Source of the DNA: Flavobacteriia bacterium
GTDB taxonomy: Bacteria > Bacteroidota > Bacteroidia > Flavobacteriales > Flavobacteriaceae
NCBI GenBank assembly: GCA_004293045.1
Contig: RDXY01000007.1
Location: forward strand, 475 to 64,474
Direction of reading: 5' to 3'
Length of the DNA stretch: 64,000 bases
Position numbers and translations under genes: made by a program. Of this stretch, positions 29,690-38,215 are shown piece after piece. The notes under the pieces are model-generated. The model saw only the letters and a program-made list of their open reading frames with translations. It was not told where the DNA came from and searched no databases. The first letter of the stretch is position 1. Every line of letters begins with the position of its first letter.

Positions 29690-29737
29690 GTTTAAAGTTT
29701 CAAGTTTCAGGTTTAATTACGTGAAATTTGAAACCAA
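29690..29737. repeat. Inverted GTTTCAA heptamer array inside an operon
   Basis: GTTTAAA GTTTCAA GTTTCAG GTTTAAT, then TGAAATTTGAAACC. Confidence 0.6.
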
Positions 29738-29743
29738 ATTAAA

Positions 29744-30658
29744 TTAATCTCTAATTAATGGTAAAGTAGAACATCGTAATAATCCTTCTTGTTTTGAAAT
29801 TTCGGCATATGGAATTTCTTCTACTATAAAACCGTTTTTGCGTAACCAAGTATTTAATCTTGTGAAATTTTTCTCTGATACAATTACATCTGGAGCTATT
29901 GAAAAAATATTGGAGTTCATGTGATACATTTCTTCTCTTTCGATATGAAACAAATTATCTTTACCAAACAAATTTACCAAAAACATATAGTCCGCTTCCT
30001 CACGAAAACCACTTTTGTAAATTATTCCTTTATTTGTTCCGATTGGCTGAAAGCAACAATCTAAATGCAAAGCATTGTCTCTGGGTTCTATTTTAGATTT
30101 TACCAAATCAAAAGCTTTTACTTTTTTATTAGGAAACAAATTTTGTATATAAGCTACTCCTTCCAAATTAGTTCTAGCTGTAATGTAATCTTTATAATCT
30201 GAACCTTTATAAGTACCAATAAAAATATATTCATTCCAAGGCATTACATCGCCACCTTCTATATGAACATCCTCTGGCGGGCGGACTACTTTATTTGGAT
30301 CTATTTTATCAATTATGTATTGAATAGCTTCTAATTCTCTTTCTCTATCGGGTAAAATATTGGCTTTAATAAAAATGTCATCAATTACAAAACCAATATC
30401 TCTTGAAAAAATTTGATTGTAATTTTCAATAATTTCGGGACGATAGACTTTTACATCATATTTTTGAAAAACCATATTAAAAGCTTCCATTTCAGAAATC
30501 ATATCTGCTTCAATTGGATATGTTCCTGCCTTGATGTGTTCTAATGATTTTGGGTCATAAGCTTCTTCAATTGTAGGCGTTGGTCCATTGCTAATAGCCG
30601 TTCCAAGTACAACTGCTCTTAATTTTGAGGTTTCGTTCTTTACATTTAATGACAACAT
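29744..30658 (-). CDS. Arginine deiminase/DDAH-related amidinotransferase family protein
   Basis: QIFSRD, IEGGDV, LHLDC, GLLRCSTLPL. Confidence 0.88.
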   Translation of the reverse strand: MLSLNVKNETSKLRAVVLGTAISNGPTPTIEEAYDPKSLEHIKAGTYPIEADMISEMEAFNMVFQKYDVKVYRPEIIENYNQIFSRDIGFVIDDIFIKANILPDRERELEAIQYIIDKIDPNKVVRPPEDVHIEGGDVMPWNEYIFIGTYKGSDYKDYITARTNLEGVAYIQNLFPNKKVKAFDLVKSKIEPRDNALHLDCCFQPIGTNKGIIYKSGFREEADYMFLVNLFGKDNLFHIEREEMYHMNSNIFSIAPDVIVSEKNFTRLNTWLRKNGFIVEEIPYAEISKQEGLLRCSTLPLIRD

Positions 30659-30829
30659 AAAACTGTTTTTTACAAATATAGAAAAATGATAGCGATTGAG
30701 AAAGTTAGAACCTTGTTTTCAAAAAAAATTTAAACCATTAATAAAAAATATTTAAAAATTTGTGAAAATATTATTTTGTGTATTGATTTCCAATTACTTA
30801 TCTTTGGTGAAACTTAAAACTAAATTATT

Positions 30830-31171
30830 ATGGGATTATTAAATTTTTTTAGCTCATTATTTGGAAAAGCTAAACAAACTTCAGAAAATACTATTGAAAA
30901 AAAATCTGAAATTTCAGAGTCCAATTCTGAAAAAGTAGTTGAAATAATAAAAAATATTACAGAAAATAAAGACCCAAAAGTTACAAAACCTAGAGCAAAA
31001 AAAGCACCACTAAAAAAAGCACCACTAAAAAGTGCTACACCAAAAGAAACCACAGAAAAAAGTACTACAAAAAAAGTAATTGCGAAAAAAGCCCCAGTTA
31101 AAAAAGCCCCAGTTAAAAAAGCGGCAGTAAAAAAAGCCACACCTAATAAACCTATTGATAATATAGAATAA
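30830..31171 (+). CDS. Small Lys/Ala/Pro-rich histone H1-like protein
   Basis: KKAP(L/V) pentapeptide repeats; TATCTTTG promoter upstream and terminator downstream. Confidence 0.7.
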   Translation: MGLLNFFSSLFGKAKQTSENTIEKKSEISESNSEKVVEIIKNITENKDPKVTKPRAKKAPLKKAPLKSATPKETTEKSTTKKVIAKKAPVKKAPVKKAAVKKATPNKPIDNIE

Positions 31172-31179
31172 CCTTTATT

Positions 31180-31211
31180 AAAAAAGCTTCAGAATAATCT
31201 GAAGCTTTTTT
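31180..31211. terminator. Bidirectional intrinsic terminator
   Basis: A6-GCTTCAGA-ataa-TCTGAAGC-T6. Confidence 0.8.
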
Positions 31212-31212
31212 A

Positions 31213-32271
31213 TTACAAGTTTAATTTTCCAACTATTTTTTTAATGTCTTGCTCTTTTGATTTTGGATAAATAAAAAGTACATTTTCTTTATCAACAATA
31301 ATATAATCCTTTAAACCATCAATAACTACTAATTTTTTTCCTTCTGTTCTAATAATATTATGTGTAGCGTTTTCTAAATAAACCGTCGCATTTACAATAG
31401 CATTATTAGATTCATCTTTATCTAATTTATCGTATAGAGAGCCCCAAGTTCCTAGATCATTCCAATCAAAAGTTGCTGCTAAAACAAAAACATTTGGTGC
31501 TTTCTCTAAAATAGCATAATCTATAGAAATATTTTCTGCTAGCGGATAATTTTCAGCGATAAACTTTTTTTCATTTGGCGTATTATAGCTATCCCATCCT
31601 TTTAAGAAATCCGCATACATTTGAGGTTGAAAATTTTCAAAAGCCTTGGTAATTGAGGCTACACTCCAAATAAATATACCAGCATTCCAAAGAAAATTTC
31701 TACTTTGAATAAACGTTTGCGCAGTTTTATAATCCGGTTTTTCTCTAAATTGAACTACTTTTTTTATTAATTGAGAATCTAATTTATCATACTCAATGTA
31801 GCCATATCCAGTATTTGGAAAAGTAGGTAAAATTCCTAATGTCATTAAAGTATCTTGGTTTTCACAATGATAAAAAGATTGTTTTAAATTTGCAGCAAAT
31901 TGCATTTCGTCTTCAATCCAATGATCGCTTGGCGCTACTAAAATTAAGGCATTTGGATTTTCTTTTTTTATTTTTAACGAAGCATACAAAATACAAGGAG
32001 CAGTATTTCGCATCGCAGGCTCTAAAATAACTTGTTCTTGTTTTACGGAAGGAAGTTGTTCTAAAACAATAGCATTATAACTTTCATTGGTTAATATTAA
32101 AATATTCTCTTTTGGAATAATTTGCGCTAGGCGACTAAATGTCTTCTGAATTAATGTTTCTCCCGTTCCTAACATGTCGTGAAATTGCTTTGGATATTCA
32201 GCTGTACTAACTGGCCAAAATCTAGAACCTACTCCACCTGCCATCAATATGGCATAATAATTTTTATTCAT
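31213..32271 (-). CDS. Mannose-1-phosphate guanylyltransferase
   Basis: MAGGVGSRFWP, PKQF, RNTAP, WNAGIF, WNDLGTW. Confidence 0.93.
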   Translation of the reverse strand: MNKNYYAILMAGGVGSRFWPVSTAEYPKQFHDMLGTGETLIQKTFSRLAQIIPKENILILTNESYNAIVLEQLPSVKQEQVILEPAMRNTAPCILYASLKIKKENPNALILVAPSDHWIEDEMQFAANLKQSFYHCENQDTLMTLGILPTFPNTGYGYIEYDKLDSQLIKKVVQFREKPDYKTAQTFIQSRNFLWNAGIFIWSVASITKAFENFQPQMYADFLKGWDSYNTPNEKKFIAENYPLAENISIDYAILEKAPNVFVLAATFDWNDLGTWGSLYDKLDKDESNNAIVNATVYLENATHNIIRTEGKKLVVIDGLKDYIIVDKENVLFIYPKSKEQDIKKIVGKLNL

Positions 32272-32286
32272 TTTTATTGAATTTCT

Positions 32287-32886
32287 TTAATTTGAAATCA
32301 CTTCAACTTCTGCATTAGGTTGAAATAAGAACAATCTTCCTGAACTTACTTCTAAACATTCATATCGTTTCACACGCAAGGCAATTTTTTTAAAAACTTT
32401 TCCGTTTTTTATTCTAAATGTACTTCCGTATGGAATTTCAAAGATATAATTATTCTCTGTATTTCTTTCATCAAATTGTTTTAAAGCTAAAGACAAAGTA
32501 GCATCAGTATCTGAACTTGCTTTTGGATTTCTAAAATGTCTGGCCATTAATGGTAAAATCTGATGCGGAAATATTTCGGGACGAATAAACGGAACCATTA
32601 AATGTTGAAAGGTTATTTTCCATTCTGTACCATGGGGTAAAATGTTTCTTCCATATTTTTCAAATGCTACCAAATGCGCGATTTCATGAATTAACGTCAT
32701 TAAAAATCGGTATTTATTCAAATTGGCATTAACCGTAATTTGATGAAAACCGTCAGGATGTCTCCGATAGTCACCATGACGTGTATTTCGTTCATTTACA
32801 ATTTTTAAATGCACGTGATTCGCCTTAATCAATTCAAAAACGGGTACTACGGCATGTTCTGGTAAATATTTTTGTAAAACGTTCAA
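32287..32886 (-). CDS. SprT-like zinc metalloprotease domain protein
   Basis: TLIHEIAH, PHGTEWK; TTG start. Confidence 0.85.
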   Translation of the reverse strand: MNVLQKYLPEHAVVPVFELIKANHVHLKIVNERNTRHGDYRRHPDGFHQITVNANLNKYRFLMTLIHEIAHLVAFEKYGRNILPHGTEWKITFQHLMVPFIRPEIFPHQILPLMARHFRNPKASSDTDATLSLALKQFDERNTENNYIFEIPYGSTFRIKNGKVFKKIALRVKRYECLEVSSGRLFLFQPNAEVEVISN

Positions 32887-32898
32887 ACAAATAGGTTT

Positions 32899-33576
32899 TT
32901 AAGGTGTTGAAGAGCTTACCTGTAATACTTTCCCATTATAATATTTATTTCCCGTAAGGGCAAAATTAAATATATAATCCGCCATTTCTATTGCTGAAAG
33001 TGGTGCTTCGTAACCTGGAAAAGCTTCTTGTAACATTTCTGTATTGACAGCGCCCAATGCTAAAACATTAAATGCAATTTCTTTTTCTTTGTATTCCTCA
33101 GCTAATAATTCCGACAAGGTGATAACGGCTCCTTTACTTGAACTATATGCTGAAAGTCCTGCGAATTTCATACTCCCTTGTATGCCACCCATTGAACTTA
33201 CAGTAACAACATGGCTCCCTTTTCCCAAAAATGGAATACAAATTTTAGTTAATTCTGCCACAGCGAAAACATTTACTTTATAAATATTTTGAAATTCTTT
33301 AGAAGTAATTTCAGTAAAATTTTTATGCAGTAAACTCCCTGCATTATGAATTAATATGTCCGCTTTTTTCCAAATTTTCGAAATAAACTTGTGTACTTGT
33401 TGCAACTGATTTTCATCTGAAATATCAATTGCTAAACAGGTAATATTTTTGTGTTCCATTAAAACTTGTGGTGTTTTACGAGAAATGGCTAAAACTTGAT
33501 GACCTGCATTAGCAAACTGCAAAGCCATTTCATACCCTATTCCACGGGAAGTTCCTGTAATTATTATATTTTTCAA
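32899..33576 (-). CDS. Short-chain dehydrogenase/reductase
   Basis: TGTSRGIG, HNAG, YSSSK; TTG start. Confidence 0.9.
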   Translation of the reverse strand: MKNIIITGTSRGIGYEMALQFANAGHQVLAISRKTPQVLMEHKNITCLAIDISDENQLQQVHKFISKIWKKADILIHNAGSLLHKNFTEITSKEFQNIYKVNVFAVAELTKICIPFLGKGSHVVTVSSMGGIQGSMKFAGLSAYSSSKGAVITLSELLAEEYKEKEIAFNVLALGAVNTEMLQEAFPGYEAPLSAIEMADYIFNFALTGNKYYNGKVLQVSSSTP

Positions 33577-33656
33577 AATAGTATTTGTTTTATGTAAATA
33601 TAAAAAAAAATCCTGAAAAATAATTTTCAGGATTTCATAATTATAAAAATATTTTT

Positions 33657-35258
33657 TTATGCTAACATCGTTACGGGATTTTCCATAAATGCTTTAAATG
33701 TTTGTAAAAACTGTGCTCCAGTTGCACCATCAACCGTTCTGTGGTCGCAAGCTAAAGTTACTGTCATGGTATTACCCACTACAATTTGTCCTTTTTTAAC
33801 TACTGGTTTTTCAATAATAGCGCCAACAGATAAAATAGCTGAATTAGGTTGATTAATAATTGAAGTGAAAGATTGGATTCCAAACATTCCTAAATTAGAA
33901 ATGGTAAAGGTACTTCCCTCCATTTCGGCTGGTTGAATTTTCTTTGATTTTGCTTTTCCTGCTAAATCTTTTACACTCACACCAATTTGAGTTAAACTCA
34001 TTTGATCTGTAAATTTCAATACTGGAACCATTAAACCGTCTTCAACCGCCACAGCCACACCAATATTTACATGATGATTGATTACCATTGCGTCTTCTCT
34101 CCATTGAGAATTTACTTGTGGATGTTTTTTCAATGCCATTGCAGAAGCCTTGATTACCATATCGTTAAAAGACACTTTAGTTTCTGGCAGGCTATTAATC
34201 ATATTTCTTGAAGCAATCGCATTATCCATATCTAACTCAATTGTTAAATAATAATGTGGTGCTGTAAATTTAGATTCTGATAAACGTCTCGCAATGGTTT
34301 TACGCATTTGCGAATTTTTAATTTCTTCTTGGAACATTTCTCCTGCTGGAACAAAAGGTTTCACAGCTGAAACTGCATTAGTTGCAGCTGTAACGGCTTG
34401 AACCGGGGTACTAGCAGCTGCTGGAGTAAAGTTTTCAACATCCGATTTTGTAATTCTTCCGTTTTCACCAGTACCTTTAACTTGAGCTAAATTCACCCCT
34501 TTGTCTTGCGCCATTTTTTTAGCTAAAGGCGATGCGAAAATTCTGTCATTTGTATTGGATGTTGGGTGTTGGGTGTTGGGTGTTGGGTTAGTTTCTTGTT
34601 TAACCTCTTCAACCTTTGGAGTTTCAACTGTTCCGCCAACTGTAAAGCTAGCAGCTATTCCTGTAACATCTGTTCCAGCTGGTCCTAAGATTGCTAAAAT
34701 TGTGTCTACTGGAGCGGTTCCACCCTCTTCTACACCTATATATAATAAAGTACCTGAATTGAAAGATTCAAATTCCATAGTAGCTTTATCTGTTTCGATT
34801 TCAGCTAAGATATCACCTTCTTTAACGGTATCTCCTACTTTTTTCAACCAAGTGGCTACCGTACCCGTTGTCATAGTATCGGACAAACGAGGCATAGTTA
34901 CTACTTTTACACCTGCAGGAATCTCAGATTTTGATTGAGTTGCCACAACGGCTTCAGATTTAACTTCTTCAACTACTGGAGTTGTAGGGTTCCCATTTAA
35001 TAATCCAGAAATATCTTCACCTTGTTTTCCCACAATGGCTAATAATGAATCTACCGGAGCCGATTCGCCTTCTTGAATACCAATATGCAATAAAACTCCA
35101 TCATAGAATGATTCAAATTCCATAGTGGCTTTATCCGTTTCTATTTCTGCTAAAATTTCACCTGTTTTTATTGTGTCACCCACTTTTTTCAACCAAGTGG
35201 CTACCACGCCTTCTGTCATGGTATCACTTAAACGGGGCATTGTAATTACTGTTGCCAT
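33657..35258 (-). CDS. pdhC: Pyruvate dehydrogenase E2 (two lipoyl domains)
   Basis: Two ETDKA lipoyl motifs, ASPLAKK binding domain, DHRTVDG. Confidence 0.96.
   Translation of the reverse strand: MATVITMPRLSDTMTEGVVATWLKKVGDTIKTGEILAEIETDKATMEFESFYDGVLLHIGIQEGESAPVDSLLAIVGKQGEDISGLLNGNPTTPVVEEVKSEAVVATQSKSEIPAGVKVVTMPRLSDTMTTGTVATWLKKVGDTVKEGDILAEIETDKATMEFESFNSGTLLYIGVEEGGTAPVDTILAILGPAGTDVTGIAASFTVGGTVETPKVEEVKQETNPTPNTQHPTSNTNDRIFASPLAKKMAQDKGVNLAQVKGTGENGRITKSDVENFTPAAASTPVQAVTAATNAVSAVKPFVPAGEMFQEEIKNSQMRKTIARRLSESKFTAPHYYLTIELDMDNAIASRNMINSLPETKVSFNDMVIKASAMALKKHPQVNSQWREDAMVINHHVNIGVAVAVEDGLMVPVLKFTDQMSLTQIGVSVKDLAGKAKSKKIQPAEMEGSTFTISNLGMFGIQSFTSIINQPNSAILSVGAIIEKPVVKKGQIVVGNTMTVTLACDHRTVDGATGAQFLQTFKAFMENPVTMLA
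34553..34587. repeat. In-frame heptamer array (TGTTGGG)x4 in the E2 linker
   Basis: TATTGGA plus 4 perfect TGTTGGG; encodes PTPNTQHPTSN. Confidence 0.85.
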
Positions 35259-35261
35259 AAT

Positions 35262-36263
35262 TTATAGTCTGTGAGGAATAAATGGATAATTTTCTTGTTC
35301 GTAAACCACATCATATAATTGTTGTGCTTCAGGGAATGGAGATTCTTCTGCGAATTTTTCACATGCTGCTACTAAATCATTTACTCTTTGGTCTATTGTT
35401 TCGATTTCTGCCTCAGTAGCATACTTTTTTTCTTTAATAATATCTAGAACCTGAGTAATTGGATCGATTTTTTTGTATTCTTCCACTTCTTCTTTGGTTC
35501 TATAATGTTGAGCATCAGACATAGAATGACCTCTGTATCTGTATGTTTTCATTTCTAGGAAAGTTGGGCCTTCCCCTCTTCTTGCTCGTTCCATAGCTTC
35601 ATGCATGGCTTCAGCTACTTTAACAGGATTCATGCCATCTACCGGGCCGCAAGGCATTTCGTATCCTAAACCTAATTTCCAGATATCGGTATGATTGGCC
35701 GTTCTTTCTACAGAAGTTCCCATAGCATATCCGTTATTTTCACAAATAAATACTACTGGTAATTTCCAAGTCATAGCCATATTAAAGGCTTCATGTAATG
35801 ACCCTTGACGTGCAGCTCCATCACCAAAATAGGTTAACGTAACACCACCCGTTTCAAAATATTTATCGGCAAAGGCCATACCTGCACCAACTGGAATTTG
35901 AGCGCCTACAATACCATGACCTCCATAAAAACCATGTTCTTTAGAGAAAATATGCATAGAACCACCCATACCTTTAGAAGTACCAGTAACTTTACCTAAT
36001 AATTCTGCCATTACTGCTTTTGGATCAACACCCATACCAATTGGCTGTACGTGATTTCTATACGCGGTAATCATTTTATCTTTTCCGCCTAATTCCATTG
36101 CGTGTAATGCACCAGCTAAAACGGCTTCTTGTCCATTGTATAAATGAAGAAATCCTCTTACTTTTTGTTGTATATATAAGGCTGCTAATTTATCTTCAAA
36201 CTTTCTCCAAAACTGCATGTCTTCATACCATTTTAGATATACTTCTTTTGTAATTGGTTTCAT
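35262..36263 (-). CDS. pdhA: Pyruvate dehydrogenase E1 alpha
   Basis: GFLHLYNGQEA, GDGA..QG TPP motif, YRYRGHSMSD. Confidence 0.97.
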   Translation of the reverse strand: MKPITKEVYLKWYEDMQFWRKFEDKLAALYIQQKVRGFLHLYNGQEAVLAGALHAMELGGKDKMITAYRNHVQPIGMGVDPKAVMAELLGKVTGTSKGMGGSMHIFSKEHGFYGGHGIVGAQIPVGAGMAFADKYFETGGVTLTYFGDGAARQGSLHEAFNMAMTWKLPVVFICENNGYAMGTSVERTANHTDIWKLGLGYEMPCGPVDGMNPVKVAEAMHEAMERARRGEGPTFLEMKTYRYRGHSMSDAQHYRTKEEVEEYKKIDPITQVLDIIKEKKYATEAEIETIDQRVNDLVAACEKFAEESPFPEAQQLYDVVYEQENYPFIPHRL

Positions 36264-36385
36264 ATCTGTAACTATTTATTTTTTTACGAACCACAAAAAT
36301 ACTACAACGTATTTTATTCTAAAAATTTATTGCTGTTTAAATTAAGAAAATAATCAATTTATTTTATTTTTTACTAACGAAATCG

Positions 36386-36868
36386 TTATAGGTTGCTTTT
36401 ATCAAACATGAATGGCAATAAATTTTTCAAAGAATCTGATTTATGTATGGGCCCAATTGATCCCATAAAATAAATTTCGATTGGCAAATCTTGTTTCACT
36501 TCATATTCAGAAATGGATTGACGACAAGAACCACAGGGTGGAATTGGACTTGTTGCTTCACGATCTGATGGTGCTGCCGAAATAAACATTTTTACAATTT
36601 TATTTTCAGGATAATTTGCACCTGCATAAAAAATAACTACACGTTCTGCACACAAACCTGATGGATAGGCTGCGTTTTCTTGATTTGAACCTTGTAATAC
36701 CATGCCATTATCTAATACAATCACTGCGCCTACTAAAAATTTCGAATAGGGCGCATAGGCTTTTTTCCTAATTTCAATGGCTTTATTCATGTATTCTTTT
36801 TCTGTATTTGATAATTCGTCAATCGATTCAAAGACAGACAATTTAGTTTCTAATCGTATTTCTTTCAT
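36386..36868 (-). CDS. cdd: Cytidine deaminase
   Basis: AYAPYSKF, CAER, PCGSCRQ. Confidence 0.94.
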   Translation of the reverse strand: MKEIRLETKLSVFESIDELSNTEKEYMNKAIEIRKKAYAPYSKFLVGAVIVLDNGMVLQGSNQENAAYPSGLCAERVVIFYAGANYPENKIVKMFISAAPSDREATSPIPPCGSCRQSISEYEVKQDLPIEIYFMGSIGPIHKSDSLKNLLPFMFDKSNL

Positions 36869-36958
36869 AAGCGTGTGTGTTTATTTTTACTTATTTTGGA
36901 AAAAAAATCCAAATTCAAAAAAGATTGAATTTGGATTTAAATTAATTATTTTTTTGTA

Positions 36959-38125
36959 TTAGTTATCATCGTATTCGTCTCCAAAATTAAATGACAAAGA
37001 AAATCGCAAGGTATTTTCAAGTGGGTTTCTAACTTTAGATGCAGAAAACAAATAAGACACGTCAATTTTAACAATATTATATTTAAAACCTGCTCCTAAT
37101 GTTAAGTATTTTCTGGCACCTTTTTCGACACTTTCACTAAAGTAACCCGTTCTTAAAGCAAACGAATCTTGATACCAATATTCTGCACCTAACGCCCAAG
37201 TAAATTCTTTTAGTTCTTCCGAAAAACCATCTGGTGCATCACCAAAAGATTTAAATATACCACTTGTCCAACTTATATTTCTGTAATTTTGATTATTAAT
37301 TGATTTATCAGTAGCATCAATAACCCCATCATTATTTAAATCTGTAACGTTTTGTGGTGTTGGTACTAATAATTTTGTAGTTTCTCCAATTAAACTTACT
37401 TTATTATAATCATCAAAAATAAAATCAAAACTTCCGCCCAATCTCATATTAGCTGGGATAAAGTTTTCATTTAATAAATCATTATCATAAGATAATTTTG
37501 GACCTAAATTTTGAAAATTAAAACCGGCTCTCCATTTCCCATTGAAACTGTCATAGACTTCTTCTTCGGATTGATAGATACCAGACACATCAACTGCAAA
37601 TGTAGTGGCAGGCTTAACATCTGTAGTGGCATTTGCTATTTTTAAATTAGATCGAATATAACGACCGGACACGCCCATGGCAAATTCTGGACTAAGTTTT
37701 AATGAATATGATCCATCAAGTGCGAACTCATTAGGATTTACAGTTGACAAAAGGGTTCCTGCATCATCTGCTAATTGAATTTCTCCAAATCCAAAATAAC
37801 GTAAGCTACCTGAAAAAGCCATCCGTTCATTGAATCTATTAAAATATGTTACTTGTCCTAAAGAAATATCGTTTGCAATACTAGTCAAATAAGGTGTATA
37901 ACTCATTGAAAACCCTTGCTTTTGTTTGGAAAAGGCATATTTTGAAGGGTTATATTGTTGCGAAAAAGCATCGGAAGAAGTGGCTACACCCATGTCGGCC
38001 ATACCTGCGGAACGCGCATCAGCGGCAATTAATAAAAAAGGAACTGCAGTAGTAATAACTCTATCTTGTGCTTGAGTTAGTTGTGCAATTACGATAATTG
38101 ATAAGAATGTAAATAGATTTTTCAT
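36959..38125 (-). CDS. porV: Type IX secretion outer membrane shuttle PorV
   Basis: ITTAVPFLLIA.DARSAGMAD, SYTPYL, NPLENTLRFSL; directly downstream of porU. Confidence 0.93.
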   Translation of the reverse strand: MKNLFTFLSIIVIAQLTQAQDRVITTAVPFLLIAADARSAGMADMGVATSSDAFSQQYNPSKYAFSKQKQGFSMSYTPYLTSIANDISLGQVTYFNRFNERMAFSGSLRYFGFGEIQLADDAGTLLSTVNPNEFALDGSYSLKLSPEFAMGVSGRYIRSNLKIANATTDVKPATTFAVDVSGIYQSEEEVYDSFNGKWRAGFNFQNLGPKLSYDNDLLNENFIPANMRLGGSFDFIFDDYNKVSLIGETTKLLVPTPQNVTDLNNDGVIDATDKSINNQNYRNISWTSGIFKSFGDAPDGFSEELKEFTWALGAEYWYQDSFALRTGYFSESVEKGARKYLTLGAGFKYNIVKIDVSYLFSASKVRNPLENTLRFSLSFNFGDEYDDN

Positions 38126-38215
38126 CTGTTTGATTAAGTTAATAGTTATTTATTTCAGATGTATTTTTATTTCAATATGCTTGTTTTTTAGTGATTTGAC
38201 AAATATACATTTTTT

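Noticed and set aside
30820-31140. Antisense hydrophobic 106-aa ORF
   Set aside because: Mirror of Lys-rich codons on the + strand; promoter and terminator support the + strand gene
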